Shown piece after piece: positions 59,823 through 62,231 of a stretch of DNA of 62,231 nucleotides (its first letter is position 1; the number at the start of each line of letters is the position of its first letter). The notes below the pieces were generated by a model that did not search any database, had not been told where the DNA came from, and worked only from the letters and a program-made list of their open reading frames with translations. Made by a program: the position numbers and the translations under genes. Origin of the DNA: Actinomycetes bacterium (GTDB lineage Bacteria > Actinomycetota > Acidimicrobiia > IMCC26256 > PALSA-610); assembly GCA_031404355.1 (NCBI GenBank), contig JANNHK010000252.1, positions 1-62,231 on the forward strand. Reading direction: 5' to 3'.

Positions 59823-60811
59823 CGTCGATCCTGCTCGTCGGCCTGGGCGAGGTCGGCATGCGAGCCGCGCGCCAGTTGGCCGACACGCCGGGCGTGAAGC
59901 GGCTGTTGTTGGCCGGTCGCGAGTTCGGTACGACGGAACGTATGGCCGAGGCGCTCGGTCCGGCCGCTCGCGCCGAAGCGATCGCGTTCGCGCCGGGCGA
60001 TCCGATTCCCGACGGCGTCGACGCGGTCGCGACTGCGCTGCCGACGAGTGTCGACCATGCGGTGATCGCCGCCGCGATCGCGCAGCACGTTCCCGCCGCG
60101 TCGTGCGACGACGACGCCGACGCAATCGATTCGTTGCGCGCACTCGACCGGAACGCGCGCGCCGGCGGTGTCACCATCGCGGTCGGGTGCGGACTCGCGC
60201 CGGGTCTCGCCGACGTGCTCGCCAAACATGCTGCGTCGTCGTTCCGCACCGTCGACGAAGTGCGCGTCGCGCGCACAGGCTGGGCCGGGCCCGCCAGTGT
60301 CGCGGAGGTACGCCATGCCCGACGCGCACTCGTGCGCTCGTGGCACCAGGGCGCGTGGCGCGAAGAGCACCCCCACGGCGAGGAACTCGTGTGGTTCCCC
60401 GAACCGATCGGTGCCCGCGACTGCAAACTGGTCACCGGTGGCACGGCCCTGCTCGCCGACTCGCTCGCGGTGCCGCGCGCGACGGCGCTGCTCGGCGAAC
60501 CGCCCAAGCGCACGTGGCTCCGGCGCCGGTTCGGCGACGACGGCGAGTGGGGCGCGGCCCGCGTCGACGTCTGGGGCCGGCGCGACGACTCGCACGACTG
60601 TGTCGTCTACGGCGTCATCGAACGCACCGCCGTTGCGGCGGGCACGGTGCTCGCAGTCACGGCCGCGCAGCTCGCAGGTGCGCTCGACCCGCAGATCACA
60701 GAGCCCGGTGTTCACGGACTCGGCTCGCTCGTTGATCCCGCACCGTTCCTCGCGGAACTCGCGCAGCGTGGTGTGCGCGCCGCGAGGTTCGAAGGCGTCC
60801 CCGTCCGCTGA
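59819..60811 (+). CDS. saccharopine-dehydrogenase-like NAD(P)-binding protein
   Basis: The in-frame GTG at 59819 gives VTSILLVGLGEVGMRAARQL, an N-terminal Rossmann GxGxxG, for about 330 aa. The family assignment is tentative. Confidence 0.5.
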   Translation: MTSILLVGLGEVGMRAARQLADTPGVKRLLLAGREFGTTERMAEALGPAARAEAIAFAPGDPIPDGVDAVATALPTSVDHAVIAAAIAQHVPAASCDDDADAIDSLRALDRNARAGGVTIAVGCGLAPGLADVLAKHAASSFRTVDEVRVARTGWAGPASVAEVRHARRALVRSWHQGAWREEHPHGEELVWFPEPIGARDCKLVTGGTALLADSLAVPRATALLGEPPKRTWLRRRFGDDGEWGAARVDVWGRRDDSHDCVVYGVIERTAVAAGTVLAVTAAQLAGALDPQITEPGVHGLGSLVDPAPFLAELAQRGVRAARFEGVPVR

Positions 60812-60868
60812 GCGTTCGGTATCACGAATGCGACTCGCTCGGCATCGAAGTGGGTACATTGATCAGCT

Positions 60869-62231
60869 ATGCAGAGACCTTATGTATGGCTTCGACGCGC
60901 GATCACGGCTGGTGTCGCGTGCGCATCACTGATCGCCGTCAGCGCGTTGACCACGCCGGCCGGCGCGCAGACGACGACTCCGTTCCCGACGTGCGGCGGG
61001 GGCACGACCCAGTCGTGCATCGCCGCCTTTACGGTCAACGGGGGTGCGCCGCCGGCAGGTGTCAGCCTCTCCGTCGTCGCCACGAGCGCGTCGGCATTGA
61101 CGATCCAGGTACTCAAGTCGGGTGGCGCGCAGGGTGGTGTCGAACTGTCGCCCGCGCTGTCAACCGCCAGTGACATTCACGTCGAGTTGAACACGGGCAC
61201 GTTCGACCCGCTGATGCTGACGTTCACCGGTGCGGTCGAGGCCTTCGCGCCCGCGCTGAACTCGACGACCGGGAACACCGCGAGCTTCGACGTGTCACCG
61301 GTCGCGGCGTCGTGGACGGCGGCGGGTTGCTCCGCCGACTCGTGCGGCAACGCGAACACCCGGGCCGACGCCGACCTGACCGCCGTGGCGGTCGGCCAGA
61401 TTGTCGCTCCGACGCTGGCGAGCGCCGCGGTCGGCAACGACCTGCGCGGCGCGTGGTTGGACACCGACGCGCAGTCGATCGGCATGCCGACCGTCGACCC
61501 CGCGACCGACATGGTGTCGTTCACGTTGGCGGCCGCGCACCTCAAGGCGAATGGCTCGCTGCATGACGACGGGTCCTTCACACTGTTCCTGAAGGACGCG
61601 TTCCTCCAGAACCAGCTGGGCTTCGCGAACCCGGCGACGACATCGCAGGAGTTCTACACGACGACGCGGCGCGTCACCGGTGATCCGACCGCCGAGGTGA
61701 CGGACACGCTTGAGCGCGTGACCGGGGGCACCAAGCTGTCGGTCCCGTTCCTCCGCTACTCGAGTGCTGCGATCGAGGTGAGCCGCGCGACGACGTCGGC
61801 GGGGCGCGCAACGATCGTCGGTATGGCGCAGACCCCGTCCGGCAACGGGTACTGGCTCGTCGACGCTGCGGGCGGCGTGTGGCCGTACGGCGCCGCCGGG
61901 GCGTTCGGCTCGCTCGCCGGTATTGCGCTGAACCAGCCGATCGTCGGCATGGCACCTACGCCGACGGGCAACGGGTACTACCTCGTCGCAACCGACGGCG
62001 GCATCTTCACGTTCGGCGACGCCGTGTTCAAAGGCTCGACGGGCGCCGTCCGCCTGAACCAGCCGATCGTCGGCATGGCGACAACTGCCTCGGGCGCCGG
62101 CTACTGGCTCGTCGCGGCCGACGGCGGCATCTTCACGTTCGGCGACGGCGTGTTCCTGGGTTCGACGGGTGCGCTGCGGTTGAACCGGCCCGTGGTCGGC
62201 ATGGAGGTCACACCCGGCGGCAACGGGTACT
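60869..62231 (+). CDS. secreted protein with an N-terminal domain of about 300 aa and 42-aa tandem repeats; 3' end outside window (not in the supplied ORF track)
   Basis: The ATG at 60869 gives MQRPYVWLRRAITAGVACASLIAVSALTTPAGAQT, a signal peptide. The frame stays open, with high third-position GC, to the window end. The competing listed ORFs (60850..61173 +, 61177..61581 -) have poor composition. Confidence 0.75.
   Translation, partial: MQRPYVWLRRAITAGVACASLIAVSALTTPAGAQTTTPFPTCGGGTTQSCIAAFTVNGGAPPAGVSLSVVATSASALTIQVLKSGGAQGGVELSPALSTASDIHVELNTGTFDPLMLTFTGAVEAFAPALNSTTGNTASFDVSPVAASWTAAGCSADSCGNANTRADADLTAVAVGQIVAPTLASAAVGNDLRGAWLDTDAQSIGMPTVDPATDMVSFTLAAAHLKANGSLHDDGSFTLFLKDAFLQNQLGFANPATTSQEFYTTTRRVTGDPTAEVTDTLERVTGGTKLSVPFLRYSSAAIEVSRATTSAGRATIVGMAQTPSGNGYWLVDAAGGVWPYGAAGAFGSLAGIALNQPIVGMAPTPTGNGYYLVATDGGIFTFGDAVFKGSTGAVRLNQPIVGMATTASGAGYWLVAADGGIFTFGDGVFLGSTGALRLNRPVVGMEVTPGGNGY
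61802..62231 (+). repeat. 126-nt (42-aa) in-frame tandem repeats, at least 3.4 copies
   Basis: The unit is LNQPIVGMAxTPxGNGYWLVAxDGGIFTFGDAxFxGSTGAxR. The nucleotide landmark ctgaaccagccgatcgtcggcatgg occurs at 61928 and 62054, with a diverged copy at 62180 and a diverged leading copy from about 61802. Confidence 0.8.

Noticed and set aside
60850-61581. Listed ORFs 60850..61173 (+) and 61177..61581 (-) as genes.
   Set aside because: Both are out of frame with, or antisense to, the long unlisted ORF starting at 60869. That ORF has a signal peptide, strong GC3 bias and conserved repeats.
56536-62231. An integrase, transposase, IS element or phage genes in the accessory region downstream of the tRNA.
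   Set aside because: None of the translated ORFs shows recombinase (R..HxxR..Y), DDE or phage structural motifs. The island interpretation therefore rests on the att-like repeat, composition and gene content only.

Overview
High-GC (roughly 70%) actinobacterial chromosome segment spanning the replication origin. Gene order closely follows the Mycobacterium origin-proximal block (cca/pcnA ... DUF6049-murJ-sigM-anti-sigma-trxB-trxA-cwlM-parB-parA-rsmG-jag-yidC-yidD-rnpA-rpmH | dnaA-dnaN-recF-DUF721-gyrB-gyrA-DUF3566-tRNA-Ile). The left third holds a partial reductive pyrimidine / beta-amino-acid catabolic cluster, an LPXTG Thr/Ser-rich surface protein, a Wzy_C-TPR membrane protein, nucS, purU, and the dnaB / rplI-rpsR-ssb-rpsF block. 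It also holds a large SF1 helicase, panB and the DUF5318 / padR-ino1 unit. Points worth a second look: (1) a 211-aa mini-intein in dnaB. (2) DnaA-box clusters at three intergenic sites: upstream of dnaB, rpmH-dnaA, and dnaA-dnaN (oriC). (3) rnpA has no canonical start codon unless it begins 4 nt upstream of the rpmH start and fully overlaps rpmH out of frame. (4) Two single-nucleotide frameshifts, in DUF5318 and an SPFH/stomatin-like gene, both at short G/C runs. (5) A perfect 27-bp AT-rich palindrome abutting the padR start. (6) tRNA-Ile(GAT) is followed 1.1 kb downstream by a 46-nt copy of its 3' half carrying only compensatory T-stem changes. This att-like scar opens an accessory region with a lipoprotein, a HigBA-like toxin-antitoxin pair, an RCC1 gene fragment and no integrase. 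(7) A long ORF running off the right edge, absent from the supplied ORF track, encodes a secreted protein with 42-aa tandem repeats. No rRNA, CRISPR array, transposase or integrase was recognised. All calls rest on reading the translations and the DNA by eye; no database search was run.
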